DNA from: Candidatus Lustribacter sp.
GTDB taxonomy: Bacteria > Vulcanimicrobiota > Vulcanimicrobiia > Vulcanimicrobiales > Vulcanimicrobiaceae
DNA: 64,000 nt
Direction: 5' to 3'
Assembly: GCA_965277805.1 (NCBI GenBank)
Contig: OZ255842.1
Coordinates: 1,632,001-1,696,000, forward strand
In this document: positions 47,735 to 57,258 of the stretch, in pieces
Numbering within the stretch: position 1 is the first letter of the stretch
How the letters are laid out: each line of letters begins with the position of its first letter
Translations under genes and position numbers: made by a program
Notes under the pieces: generated by a model
The model's database searches: none
What the model was told of the DNA's origin: nothing
What the model saw: only the letters and a program-made list of their open reading frames with translations

Positions 47735-48034
47735 CTACTCGGCCGCCGCTGCGGGAGCGGCCGGTGCGGCCTTCTTCGGATAGATCGGGGCCTTTTCACA
47801 CAGGCCGAGTTCGGCCAGGAGACGGCGGACGGGATCGGAGGGCTGGGCGCCCTTGGCGAGCCACGCTTTGGCCTTCTCTTCGTTGATCACGACGGTCTTC
47901 GGTTCCGTGCGCGGGTTGTAGTGACCGAGGATCTCGATGAACGCTCCGTCGCGCGGCGACTTCGAATCGCAAACGACGAATCGATACGTCGGCTGCTTCT
48001 TTGCGCCCATACGGCGCAGGCGGATTTTGACCAT
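47735..48034 (-). CDS. rpsP: 30S ribosomal protein S16
   Basis: [37 protein letters not shown]. Confidence 0.98.
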   Translation of the reverse strand: MVKIRLRRMGAKKQPTYRFVVCDSKSPRDGAFIEILGHYNPRTEPKTVVINEEKAKAWLAKGAQPSDPVRRLLAELGLCEKAPIYPKKAAPAAPAAAAE

Positions 48035-48054
48035 GATGCTTTCTGTCTGTCTTT

Positions 48055-49377
48055 CTAACGTGGAAGTGCCGGCATACGAAACCGGCCCCGCTTCCCGCCG
48101 CCCATCTGTTTCATGAGCGTACGCGAAGCTTCGAATTGCTTCACCAAACGGTTGACGTCGGCAACTTGCATGCCGCTGCCCGCGGCGATGCGTTTGCGAC
48201 GCGAACCGTTGAGGATATCGGGACGCGCGCGCTCGCGCCGGGTCATCGAGCAGATGATCGCTTCGACGCGCTTGACGTCGCCCTCGTCGATATCGACGTT
48301 GGGCATCGCCTTGGAGAGTCCGGGAATCATCTTCATGATGTCGTTCATCGAGCCCATTTTGCGCACTTGTCGCAACTGGTCGAGGAAGTCGTCGAGGGTG
48401 AAGTCGTTCTTGCGCAGTTTTTGCGCGAGATCTTTGGCCTGCTCTTCCGAATAGACGCTTTGCGTTTTCTCGATGAGCGTGAGCACGTCGCCCATCCCGA
48501 GGATGCGCGAGGCCAGACGGTCGGGATAAAACGGTTCGAGCGCCGCCAGCTTTTCGCCGACGCCGACGAACTTTATCGGCGCGCCCGTGATCTTGTGGAT
48601 TGAGAGCGCCGCACCGCCGCGCGCATCGCCGTCCATCTTGGTGAGAATCACGCCCGTGATCCCGAGGCGGTCGTTGAAGCCCTTGGCGACGCTGGTCGCT
48701 TCTTGACCGGTCATCGCATCGGCGACGAAGAGGATCTCGATCGGCTTCACCGCGGCCTTGATCGCGGCGAGCTCGTCCATGAGCTTCTCGTCGATCTGCA
48801 GCCGGCCGGCCGTGTCGATGATGACGGTCGGAATGCCGAGCCGGCGCGCTTCCGCAACGCCGTCGCGCGCGATCTTGACCGGATCGCCCGTGCCTTGATC
48901 GTAGACCGGCAGATCGATTTGCTTGCCGAGCGTCTTGAGCTGATCGATCGCGGCCGGACGGTAGACGTCGGCAGCGACGAGCAGCGTGCGGCGGCCTTGT
49001 TCTTTCAAGCGCAGCGCAAGCTTGCCGGTCTGCGTCGTCTTACCGGAACCTTGCAGACCGACCATCATGTAGACCGTCGGCGGTGCATCGGAAAACTGCA
49101 GCCGCGCTTCGGCACCGCCGAGCAGCGTGACGAGCTCGTCGTGCACGATCTTGATGACCGACTGGCCGGGCGTGAGCGAAGCCAGCACGTCGGCGCCGAC
49201 CGCGCGTTCCTTGATCGCGTTGACGAAGTCTTTCGCCACCGCGAGGTTGACGTCGGCTTCGAGCAGCGCGATGCGCACTTCGCGCAATACCTCAGCGACG
49301 TCCGTCTCGGAGAGACGGCCGCGATTCGACAACCGGTCGAAGATGGCGCCTAAGCGCTCGCTGAGGGCTTCAAGCAT
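48055..49377 (-). CDS. ffh: Signal recognition particle protein Ffh
   Basis: [32 protein letters not shown] domain. Confidence 0.98.
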   Translation of the reverse strand: MLEALSERLGAIFDRLSNRGRLSETDVAEVLREVRIALLEADVNLAVAKDFVNAIKERAVGADVLASLTPGQSVIKIVHDELVTLLGGAEARLQFSDAPPTVYMMVGLQGSGKTTQTGKLALRLKEQGRRTLLVAADVYRPAAIDQLKTLGKQIDLPVYDQGTGDPVKIARDGVAEARRLGIPTVIIDTAGRLQIDEKLMDELAAIKAAVKPIEILFVADAMTGQEATSVAKGFNDRLGITGVILTKMDGDARGGAALSIHKITGAPIKFVGVGEKLAALEPFYPDRLASRILGMGDVLTLIEKTQSVYSEEQAKDLAQKLRKNDFTLDDFLDQLRQVRKMGSMNDIMKMIPGLSKAMPNVDIDEGDVKRVEAIICSMTRRERARPDILNGSRRKRIAAGSGMQVADVNRLVKQFEASRTLMKQMGGGKRGRFRMPALPR

Positions 49378-49622
49378 TAGGCGCTGGCAGCACTCGCGTC
49401 GATTTTCGCAACGGCGTCGCCGACCGTCTTGATCTTCTCGGCTTCTTCGTCGGGAATGTCGATGCCGAACTCGGTCTCGAACGCCATGACCAGCTCGACC
49501 TGATCGAGCGAGTCCGCACCGAGATCTTCCGTGATCGACGCTTCGGGCGTGACTTCGTTATCTTCGACGCCGAGCTGCTCGACGATGATCTTCTTGACGC
49601 GGTCGAAAGTATCGCTTGCCAT
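49377..49622 (-). CDS. acpP: Acyl carrier protein
   Basis: [32 protein letters not shown]; its TAA overlaps the ffh ATG. Confidence 0.97.
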   Translation of the reverse strand: MASDTFDRVKKIIVEQLGVEDNEVTPEASITEDLGADSLDQVELVMAFETEFGIDIPDEEAEKIKTVGDAVAKIDASAASA

Positions 49623-49651
49623 GTGACTCCTATGTGTTCCTTGAGATGAGA

Positions 49652-50398
49652 CTAATGCATCAGGTAGCCGCCGTCGACCACGATCGTTTGACCGGTGACG
49701 TAACGGGCAGCATCGGAAGCAAGAAAAGTGACGACACCGGCGACATCGTCGGGGTTCCCCGGCCGGCCGAGCGCGATGCCTTCGAGGAACCCCTTGCGCG
49801 CGGCTTCGGGGAGTTCGGCAGTCATCGCGGTTTCGATCAGGCCCGGGGCCACGGCGTTCACCCGAACGTTCCGCGACCCAAGTTCCTTCGCCAACGACCG
49901 GGTTAAACCAAGTAACCCGGCTTTGGTCGCAGCATAGATGCTCTGGCCGGGGTTCCCGCCGATCCCGACGATCGAAGAAACGACCACGATCACGCCCCCG
50001 CGCTGCTTCACCATCGGCTTGGCGACGGCGGCGCTCAGGTAGAACGCCGACTTCAGGTTGACATCGATCAGCCGGTCGAGGTCGCTTGCCTTGAGGCGCA
50101 GGATCAGTCCATCTTGCGACTGGCCGGCATTGGCGACCGCGACGTCGATCCGGCCGAGCTCGGCCAGGACCGCGGCTACACCAGCATCGACGGCCGCCTG
50201 ATCTGCGACGTCGACCGAATGGCAACTCACCCGCGTTTGCGGGCCGCCGGCCGCTTGCGCTTCGGCGGCCGTTTCCGCCAGCGCCGCCTGATCGCGGCCG
50301 AACAGCGCGACGTCGTGACCGTGCACCGCGAGGTCGACCGCGATCGCCCGGCCGATACCGCGCGAGGCGCCGGTAATGAGCGCGACCCGGTCGCTCAC
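49652..50398 (-). CDS. fabG: 3-oxoacyl-ACP reductase
   Basis: [32 protein letters not shown] start. Confidence 0.93.
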   Translation of the reverse strand: MSDRVALITGASRGIGRAIAVDLAVHGHDVALFGRDQAALAETAAEAQAAGGPQTRVSCHSVDVADQAAVDAGVAAVLAELGRIDVAVANAGQSQDGLILRLKASDLDRLIDVNLKSAFYLSAAVAKPMVKQRGGVIVVVSSIVGIGGNPGQSIYAATKAGLLGLTRSLAKELGSRNVRVNAVAPGLIETAMTAELPEAARKGFLEGIALGRPGNPDDVAGVVTFLASDAARYVTGQTIVVDGGYLMH

Positions 50399-51345
50399 GG
50401 TGCGTTCCCGGCCGGCCCGAGTTGCGCGCGGAGTTTCTCGACGCCGGCAACGTCGCCGACGTGGATCGCCTTCGGTGCGCCTGCGACGCGCTTCATCATC
50501 GGAGCGAGCACCGGGCTCGCGCCGAACTCGACGATCAGGTCGATGCCGGTCGCGATCATCGCGACGGCCGCTTCGTGCCAGCGCACTTCGTCGGTGACCG
50601 AACGGATCAAGTTGGCTTTGATCTGCTCGATGCTGGTATACGGTTTGGCATCGACATTCGAAATGACGGTGAAGCGCGGCATGAGCAGCGTCGCGCCGGC
50701 GATGTGTTTGGCGAATTCCACTTGCGCGGGTTCCATCAGCGCCGAATGCCACGCTCCGCTGACGTTGAGCGGGATAACGCGCTTCGCACCCGCTTCGAGC
50801 GCGAGCTCCCCGGCTACGCGCACGGCACCCTCGTCACCGCTGATGACGACTTGACCCGGCTGATTGAAGTTCGCGAGTTGTACCCGTCCGGCACCGCGGT
50901 CGATGGTGGCCGCGACGGCCGTGCGCAACAGGCCATCGTCGAGCCCGAGCACGGCCGCCATCGCGCCGCGCGATTCCTGAGCCGCGCGATGCATGGCGAG
51001 CCCGCGCTGGTTGACGAGCGCGAGCGCCGCTTCGAAAGTCAGCGATCCGGCCAGCGTGAGGCTGCAATATTCGGCAAACGAGTGCGCGGCGCTCACGACC
51101 GGCGCCAGCACGTCGCCGACGGCTGCGGCGAGCGCGAGATTCGTAACGAAGATCGCCGGCTGGCTGTAGCGCGTCTCGCGCAGTTTGTCTTCGTCGCCCT
51201 CGGCGCAGAGCGCGAGGAGATCGTAGCCCAGCACGGACTTCGCGCTATTGTAGAGCGCCGCGGCCGCCGGATACGTTGCGGCGACGTCCGTGCCCATGCC
51301 CGGCGTTTGCGAACCCTGACCGGGAAAGACGACGGCGATGCGCAT
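50395..51345 (-). CDS. fabD: Malonyl-CoA:ACP transacylase
   Basis: FPGQGSQ, QPAI, AHSFAEY (variant of GHSxGE), ANFN..QVVISG, VSGAWHS. Confidence 0.95.
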   Translation of the reverse strand: MRIAVVFPGQGSQTPGMGTDVAATYPAAAALYNSAKSVLGYDLLALCAEGDEDKLRETRYSQPAIFVTNLALAAAVGDVLAPVVSAAHSFAEYCSLTLAGSLTFEAALALVNQRGLAMHRAAQESRGAMAAVLGLDDGLLRTAVAATIDRGAGRVQLANFNQPGQVVISGDEGAVRVAGELALEAGAKRVIPLNVSGAWHSALMEPAQVEFAKHIAGATLLMPRFTVISNVDAKPYTSIEQIKANLIRSVTDEVRWHEAAVAMIATGIDLIVEFGASPVLAPMMKRVAGAPKAIHVGDVAGVEKLRAQLGPAGNAP

Positions 51346-52340
51346 CAGCGTTGCCACCAGCGCCACGCGACCGCGCCCCACGACAGGCCGCCGCCGAAGC
51401 CGACGAACACGATGAGATCGCCGTCCTTGAGTTTGCCGGCCCCGTACGTTTCGGACAGCGCGATCGGGATCGAGGCGGAACTCGTGTTGCCGTATTTATC
51501 GACGGTGATGATGACTTTGTCCCCGAGCATCTCGAGTTGTTTCGCGGCAGCATCGATGATCCGGCGATTCGCTTGATGCGGGATCGCGTAGGAAATGTCG
51601 TTGCGCGTGAGGCCCGCTTTCGCGAGCGCGGCGTCGGTGGCTTCGATCATCTTGGTGACGGCGAAGCGGAACACTTCGCGGCCCTTCATGACCATCTTGT
51701 TCTGTTTGTCGCCGATGCCTTCGGCCGTCAACGGGGCGACCGTGCCGCCCGCCGGTACGAGCAAGAGCGACGGATCGCTGCCGTCGCTGCCGAGTTCGGA
51801 GGAGAGAAAATCATTGCGTTCGGCCGCCTCGAGCACGACTGCACCGGCGCCGTCGCCGAAAAGCACCGCCGTACCGCGGTCCGAGTAGTTGGTGATCGAG
51901 GATAACTTCTCGCTGCCCACCAGCAGCACGCGTCTGTATACGCCGGACTGGATCAGGCTCGATGCCACGGTCAGACCGTAGATGAAACCGCTGCAGGCGA
52001 TTTCCATATCGAAGGCCGCCGTGCCGGCGATGCCGAGCTTCGCAGCGAGCACGCTCGCGGTCGCCGGAAACAGATAATCCGGCGTGACGGTGGCGACGAT
52101 GACGCAACCGATGTCGGCGGCCGTACAGCCGGCGCGTTCGATCGCCATCTTGGCGGCGGCGAGACCCATGTCGCTGGTCGTCTCGTCGTCGCGCGCGATG
52201 TGCCGTTCGTGCATTCCGGTTCGCGAGACGATCCACTCATCCGTCGTATCGAGAATCTTCTCGAAGTCGGCGTTCGTCATCACGCGTTCCGGAACGTAAT
52301 GCCCGACGCCCGCCATGCGGACGCCCTGGGTTAGCGGCAC
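51345..52340 (-). CDS. fabH: Beta-ketoacyl-ACP synthase III
   Basis: ACSGF, FGDGAGA, PHQANRRI, YGNTSSASIP, GFGGGLSWG. Confidence 0.97.
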   Translation of the reverse strand: MPLTQGVRMAGVGHYVPERVMTNADFEKILDTTDEWIVSRTGMHERHIARDDETTSDMGLAAAKMAIERAGCTAADIGCVIVATVTPDYLFPATASVLAAKLGIAGTAAFDMEIACSGFIYGLTVASSLIQSGVYRRVLLVGSEKLSSITNYSDRGTAVLFGDGAGAVVLEAAERNDFLSSELGSDGSDPSLLLVPAGGTVAPLTAEGIGDKQNKMVMKGREVFRFAVTKMIEATDAALAKAGLTRNDISYAIPHQANRRIIDAAAKQLEMLGDKVIITVDKYGNTSSASIPIALSETYGAGKLKDGDLIVFVGFGGGLSWGAVAWRWWQR

Positions 52341-52350
52341 ACGCGCCTAA

Positions 52351-52563
52351 CTACGAGTGATCGTGGCCGGCGTGGTCGCGTTCGTCGCGTGGCGCGATCA
52401 CCTGGCGGCCGTCGTACGTGCCGCAGAAATCGCACACGAAATGCGGCCGCTTCGGGGTGTGGCACTGCGGACACTCAACGGTCGTAACCGGATTGAGTTT
52501 CCAATTTGCCGCCCGGCGGCTACGCGTCTTCGAGCGCGGAGTTTTCCACTTGAGATTCGCCAT
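52351..52563 (-). CDS. rpmF: 50S ribosomal protein L32 (zinc-binding form)
   Basis: SKTRSRRA..CPQC...PHFVCDFCGTY. Confidence 0.93.
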   Translation of the reverse strand: MANLKWKTPRSKTRSRRAANWKLNPVTTVECPQCHTPKRPHFVCDFCGTYDGRQVIAPRDERDHAGHDHS

Positions 52564-53017
52564 GATCGCCTTCCATCGCCGGACAGTCGCAACCGCCGCC
52601 CGGATTTTTGCTCCGGCCGCAGGTCATGCATAACCCGCGGCATTCCTCATCGCACACCAGCCCGAAGGGTAATGCGCTCGTTACTACTTGCCGGACGAGA
52701 TCGCCGACATCGAAATTCGTACCGTTGAGGACGTTGTTCTCGCCGAAGGGGTCGCTCGCCCCGTCGGGCGGATCGAACCGTTCGTCGACGACGACCCGCA
52801 AGGGAATCGCCGCGTCCTCGAGACAGCGGATACATTCCCCCGCGACGCCCACCTCGATTTGCCCGTCGATCTGCAGTCCCCGGTCGACGCGCCGCAGATC
52901 CAGCTCGGCGTGGGCCGGCTCCGGAAAGCGGAACGAAGAAAATGGGGGCACAGCGACGTGCTCGTCGAGCGACATCGGGCGCCCCGTAACCAGTAACGAA
53001 CCGATGTCAACGACCAC
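52520..53017 (-). CDS. yceD: YceD/DUF177 protein
   Basis: CIRCL...LP..LVCDEECRGLCMTCG; position upstream of rpmF. Start approximate. Confidence 0.88.
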   Translation of the reverse strand: MVVDIGSLLVTGRPMSLDEHVAVPPFSSFRFPEPAHAELDLRRVDRGLQIDGQIEVGVAGECIRCLEDAAIPLRVVVDERFDPPDGASDPFGENNVLNGTNFDVGDLVRQVVTSALPFGLVCDEECRGLCMTCGRSKNPGGGCDCPAMEGDHGESQVENSALEDA

Positions 53018-53105
53018 GTGAGAACCCTGGGTACGGCGGCGTTCAGCCGACGTGCCCCTCATAGAACGAGGCTCCCCGCGAGGGAAGCCCCATGCCAACC
53101 ACGGT

Positions 53106-53134
53106 ATTGTAGACCCCCCTCCAACCCTTGTCAA
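53106..53134 (-). promoter_or_regulatory. Sigma-70 promoter of the yceD-rpmF-fab-ffh-rpsP operon
   Basis: Minus strand TTGACA-N17-TACAAT. Confidence 0.85.
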
Positions 53135-53206
53135 ACGCATTGGTCCGCGTGAGGCGCTCGCCTGACTTGCTCTTGCCGGCGGGCCGTCCCGGCGTGAAGG
53201 GCGGGC

Positions 53207-53818
53207 GTGACGAGCATCGCGTCGGTCGCCTTCGGCCCCCAAATCGTCGCCGCTGCCCAACGCAACGGCCTCGACCCCGCCCTACTGGCCGCAGTCGCCG
53301 CTCAAGAGACGGGCGGACCGGGCTCGAATTCGGGTGCCAACGTCGTCGGCGACGGCGGGCACGGCCACGGCATCTTCCAGATCGACGACCGCTACCACGC
53401 CTTCGCGTCCACCTCGGCCGCGATGGACCCGGCGAAAAACGCCAACTACGCGGCCGGCATGCTCTCGGGATTGCTCCAGAAGTACGGAGGTAATGTGCAC
53501 GCAGCGCTCTCGGCCTATAACGCCGGCTCGCCCTCAGCGACCGGCACGGCCACGAACTGGGGCGGCACCACCCTCGGGTACGCCGACTCGGTGCTGGCGC
53601 ACTACAGCCAACTCACAAGTACCGCCCGCGACGCCGCCATGCCCGAACTCTCGACAACGAGCGAGTCCGTCAACCAACTCGCGAGCCTGGCTTCGTCCAA
53701 TAGCGTCGCCGGCAGTGCCGTGGCGGCGCCCTCCTTGCCGGCAACGCAGCAGCATCAATCGGCCGCGCCGCCGGCCTTCAACGAAGATTTCTACGCCGAC
53801 GGCGACGACGCCGGTTAA
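53207..53818 (+). CDS. Lytic transglycosylase (SLT domain) with Ser/Ala-rich, acidic-ending tail and no obvious signal peptide
   Basis: AAQRNGLDPALLAAVAAQE (catalytic Glu), GIFQI, ALSAYNAG, YADSV. Confidence 0.88.
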   Translation: MTSIASVAFGPQIVAAAQRNGLDPALLAAVAAQETGGPGSNSGANVVGDGGHGHGIFQIDDRYHAFASTSAAMDPAKNANYAAGMLSGLLQKYGGNVHAALSAYNAGSPSATGTATNWGGTTLGYADSVLAHYSQLTSTARDAAMPELSTTSESVNQLASLASSNSVAGSAVAAPSLPATQQHQSAAPPAFNEDFYADGDDAG

Positions 53819-53830
53819 CGAGGAGCAGCA

Positions 53831-54202
53831 ATGGGATTTAATCCGCTAGGGATGATCGTCGGGGCCGCAACCGGCTTCCTGACCGGCGGCCCGGTCGGCG
53901 CAGCGATCGGCGGCGCGACCGGCGCCATCGGCGGCACCAACAACGCCACATCCGTCGTCGGCAACCTCGGCAATACCGCCGCCAGCGGCTGGCAAAGCAG
54001 CATCCTCGCCATGCAAAACCTCCAAAATGAGCAGAACGCGATCTATAGCTTACAGATCAACCAGCAAGCCTCGCAATTCAACAACATGATGGACGAAAAA
54101 TCCGAAATGATGCGCGAAAGCAATGCCCTCCGCGACGTCGCCCTCGAACAAAAGAAAGCCGACACCCAAGTGATGAAGAAATTCATCGAGTCAATCAATT
54201 GA
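53831..54202 (+). CDS. Hypothetical protein: glycine-zipper N-terminus plus helical C-terminus
   Basis: GAGGAG ribosome-binding site; GMIVGAATGFLTGGPVGAAIGGATGAIGG; Gln/Asn/Met-rich helix. Confidence 0.8.
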   Translation: MGFNPLGMIVGAATGFLTGGPVGAAIGGATGAIGGTNNATSVVGNLGNTAASGWQSSILAMQNLQNEQNAIYSLQINQQASQFNNMMDEKSEMMRESNALRDVALEQKKADTQVMKKFIESIN

Positions 54203-54513
54203 TCGCCCTAAACCCGGCACCCCTCATCACGCGCCCCGTGAAGCCTGTCACCCCGAGCAAAGTCGAGGGGCCGCCACAATCGCCATCACTCGAGGACCGC
54301 ATCGACGCATCCGTCGATGCCGCACTCGCCGAGGCCCTGGCAAAAGTAAAGACGCCCGCCGATGACGCCCTGGCAAAACAACAGCAAGCCTTCGATCAGA
54401 TGATGCAGCTGCGCACCGAGCAAGAACGCGAAGCCAACGCCATCCGCGAGTTCGGCCTAGCCCAGCAGAAAAAAGAGAACGACTTCCTGACCGAATACAT
54501 CCGCATGATCTAA
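54199..54513 (+). CDS. Hypothetical helical protein, C-terminal paralog of 53831..54202
   Basis: TTGA overlap with the upstream stop; 14 of 40 residues identical, ungapped, to the upstream protein's C-terminus (hand alignment). Confidence 0.78.
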   Translation: MIALNPAPLITRPVKPVTPSKVEGPPQSPSLEDRIDASVDAALAEALAKVKTPADDALAKQQQAFDQMMQLRTEQEREANAIREFGLAQQKKENDFLTEYIRMI

Positions 54514-54551
54514 ACCGGAACCAACGCGCAGCGGCTCGAACCATAGGTGCG

Positions 54552-54788
54552 ATGGCGAATCCACGCGGCGACACAACCGCAAAGATGAACAGCCTGGTGG
54601 TCTATTGGTGCGGCACCGTCTATTTTATCATTGAGGCAGCCTACCACTGGTTCGGACAGCATAACGCTATCAAGGCGCTCGGCGATCTCCTGGGCGCAGT
54701 CATCGGCCTATTTCTTGTCTGGTACGGCGGCTATATCTGGGGAAGCCTCAAACGCGCCTTCGACGGACGGCGTACCCCTAAAGCGTAA
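54552..54788 (+). CDS. Small membrane protein with two predicted TM helices
   Basis: AGGTG before ATG; hydrophobic SLVVYWCGTVYFIIEAAY and LLGAVIGLFLVWYGGYIW; basic C-terminus. Confidence 0.65.
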   Translation: MANPRGDTTAKMNSLVVYWCGTVYFIIEAAYHWFGQHNAIKALGDLLGAVIGLFLVWYGGYIWGSLKRAFDGRRTPKA

Positions 54789-56109
54789 ACCGGCTCGACG
54801 GGCGCTCGAGTCCGTAATGTTCGCGTAGCGTCGTACCCGAGTACTCACGGCGGAACACGCCGCGTTGCTGGAGGATCGGGACAACGTAGTCGACGACGTC
54901 GGTTAAGCCGCCGGGAAGTTCCGCGGGCATGATGTTGAAGCCGTCGGCGGCGCCGCGCTCGACCCAATCGATCATGTGGTCGGCGACTTGTTCGGGCGTT
55001 CCGGCCACCACGCGATGCCCGGCGGCGGCGGCGAAACGGCGCAACAGGTTGCGCAGCGTCAGGTCCGGTTCGCGTTCGAGCAGATCGAACGTGAGCTGCG
55101 CGCGGCTTTTCGCGCCTTCGATCTCCTTCGGACGCGGCAATGCGTGCACCGGCACCGGCTCGTCGAGTGGGAAAGCACTGAAATCCACGCCGTTGAACCG
55201 CTGCGAGAGCGTGATCAGTCCGAGTTCCGGAATGGTGAGCTCGTTGAGTTCTTGTTCCATCGCCTTCGCCTCGGCTTCCGTTGAGCCAATGATGGGGCAT
55301 AGGCCCGGCAAGATCGAGATCTTGCTCGCATCACGGCCCAAGGCCGTCGCCCGCGTCTTGATGTCGTTATAGAAGGCCTGTGCCTCGCCGAGGTCTTGTT
55401 GTGCGGTGAAGATTGCCTCGGCGTACGTTGCCGCGAACGCGCGCCCGTCATCCGACGATCCCGCTTGAACGAGCAGCGGCCGGCCTTGAGGCATCCGCGG
55501 GATGTTGAACGGCCCGTTCACATCGAACGCGGCGCCGTGATGATCGATCCGGTGGACCCGGCTCGTGTCGACATAAACGCCGCGCTCGCGATCGATGACG
55601 GTCGCGTCGTCTTCCCAGCTGTCCCAGAGTTTCATGACGACATCGAGGTACTCGGTCGCGCGCGCATAGCGCTCCGTATGCGAGGTCAGTTTCACCATCC
55701 CGAAATTGCCGGCCGCATTCGCATCCCACGAGGTGACGATGTTCCAGCCGGCGCGGCCTTTGCTGAGATGATCGAGCGATGCGAACTGGCGTGCCAGGTT
55801 GTAAGGCTCGGTATATGTCGTCGATTGCGTAGCGACCAGACCAATGCGCTCGGTACACGTCGTCAGCGCAGCCAGCAGCATCATCGGATCGAAACGGCCC
55901 TCGGCCCGGTAGCGCACGTTGCCGATCGCCAGCCTGTCGCCGAGGAAGAACGAATCGAACTTACCGCGTTCGGCCGCCTGCGCGATTTCCTGATAATAGG
56001 TCAGATCACCCAACCGCTCGGGCTGGGTACGGCGAAAACGCCACGCCGCTTCGTGGTGTCCGGCGTTGGCGGTGAAAATGTTGAGATGCAGGTTCGGTTT
56101 TTGCGCCAT
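54778..56109 (-). CDS. LLM-class flavin-dependent monooxygenase (NtaA/SnaA/DszA family)
   Basis: AERGKFDSFFLGD, STTYTEPYNLARQFASLDHLSKGRAGWNIVTS, QAGSS, LQQRGVFR. Confidence 0.93.
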   Translation of the reverse strand: MAQKPNLHLNIFTANAGHHEAAWRFRRTQPERLGDLTYYQEIAQAAERGKFDSFFLGDRLAIGNVRYRAEGRFDPMMLLAALTTCTERIGLVATQSTTYTEPYNLARQFASLDHLSKGRAGWNIVTSWDANAAGNFGMVKLTSHTERYARATEYLDVVMKLWDSWEDDATVIDRERGVYVDTSRVHRIDHHGAAFDVNGPFNIPRMPQGRPLLVQAGSSDDGRAFAATYAEAIFTAQQDLGEAQAFYNDIKTRATALGRDASKISILPGLCPIIGSTEAEAKAMEQELNELTIPELGLITLSQRFNGVDFSAFPLDEPVPVHALPRPKEIEGAKSRAQLTFDLLEREPDLTLRNLLRRFAAAAGHRVVAGTPEQVADHMIDWVERGAADGFNIMPAELPGGLTDVVDYVVPILQQRGVFRREYSGTTLREHYGLERPSSRFTL

Positions 56110-57182
56110 CAGTGCGGGGACGTGTAGGCCTTGGCGCGCCGCACGATCGATCCGGCGTCGAAGCGGTTGAAATCATCGACAAATTGGTTGGTGTAGAGCG
56201 TGTCGAGTTTTGGATCGACCGTAATCAAGCCGCCGGCTTTGAGCGCGGTGATCTCCGCCGTCCAATCTTTATCGCTGAAGATGCCCCACTTCTTCGGCTC
56301 GCCCGGCTGCCATTGCGTCATGTGCTGCAAGCGGACGAGCAAGATCGGCAGCATCTCCTTCATCCCGTCGGCGTCGCTCCCCGGCGGCTTCAACTCCGGA
56401 TAGTGCCGCCAAAGCGAGCGCAGACATTCCGGCGGATTGGCGTTGCACGCAACGGTACCCTCAGCCGCGATCCTTCCGAACTTGCCGACGAGATCCGGCC
56501 GCTCACGGATCATCTTGTTGGTCACCGGAAACGCGTGGCTCGAGACGCCGTCGAACTCGGGCGGATACTTTAACACCCGCACCGGCGTGCCGTCATTACG
56601 CAGCTTGGCATTGGTGATATCGAAGAGGTTGAGCGCGTCGATCTTGCCCGAACGCAATGCCTCGAACGCCGTCGCTCCGGTGCCGACCGCAACGAACTGG
56701 ACGCTATTCGGGTCAACGCCGACTTTCTTGAGCACCGCTTCGGTCATCGGCGTACCGCCGAACGTCAACGCACCGACGCCGATCGTCTTGCCGGCCAGAT
56801 CCTTGACCGACTTAATCGGGCTTTTGTCGAGCACGGAGATTTCCCAGATCGAATTGCGCGCCGAGTTGTAGACGAACCGAAAGTCGAAGTCCGGTTTGCC
56901 GGGCTGACGCGAGATGATCAACGGGTCGAGCGTGCTGAACGTCGTGAAGAGCGAACCCTTCATCAACTGCGGCAGAATCACGCCCGAGCCGTCGAGCGCA
57001 ACGGTGGAGATCGTGATGTTCTCTTGGCTGATCAGACCAAGATCTTCGGCAAATGTGAACGGCGCATACCCGACCGAGACCGGACCCGACCAGGCGAACG
57101 CGACCGTTTCGGGTCCGGCCGCTCGCGCCGGCATCAACCCCACCACGAGCAACGCGAAGATGAGGGCAAAGCGGCGATACAT
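56109..57182 (-). CDS. NitT/TauT-type ABC substrate-binding protein
   Basis: Signal peptide; SPIKSVKDLAGKTIGVG, GKIDA. Confidence 0.85.
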   Translation of the reverse strand: MYRRFALIFALLVVGLMPARAAGPETVAFAWSGPVSVGYAPFTFAEDLGLISQENITISTVALDGSGVILPQLMKGSLFTTFSTLDPLIISRQPGKPDFDFRFVYNSARNSIWEISVLDKSPIKSVKDLAGKTIGVGALTFGGTPMTEAVLKKVGVDPNSVQFVAVGTGATAFEALRSGKIDALNLFDITNAKLRNDGTPVRVLKYPPEFDGVSSHAFPVTNKMIRERPDLVGKFGRIAAEGTVACNANPPECLRSLWRHYPELKPPGSDADGMKEMLPILLVRLQHMTQWQPGEPKKWGIFSDKDWTAEITALKAGGLITVDPKLDTLYTNQFVDDFNRFDAGSIVRRAKAYTSPH

Positions 57183-57258
57183 GGCGCCTCTTTTCCGAAA
57201 ACCGGGGTCGGGCGCCTTTCAGCACGGGACCCGTTAGCGGGTCAGCGAAATAACGCGC

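Noticed and set aside
49377-50450. 357-aa ORF suggesting an ACP fusion
   Set aside because: Only the last 81 aa are ACP (own ATG at 49622 with GGAG upstream); the rest is an alternate frame of fabG.
53207-54788. Prophage lysis cassette (endolysin plus holin)
   Set aside because: No phage structural, replication or integrase genes nearby, and the two paralogous helical proteins do not resemble spanins; kept only as a minor alternative.
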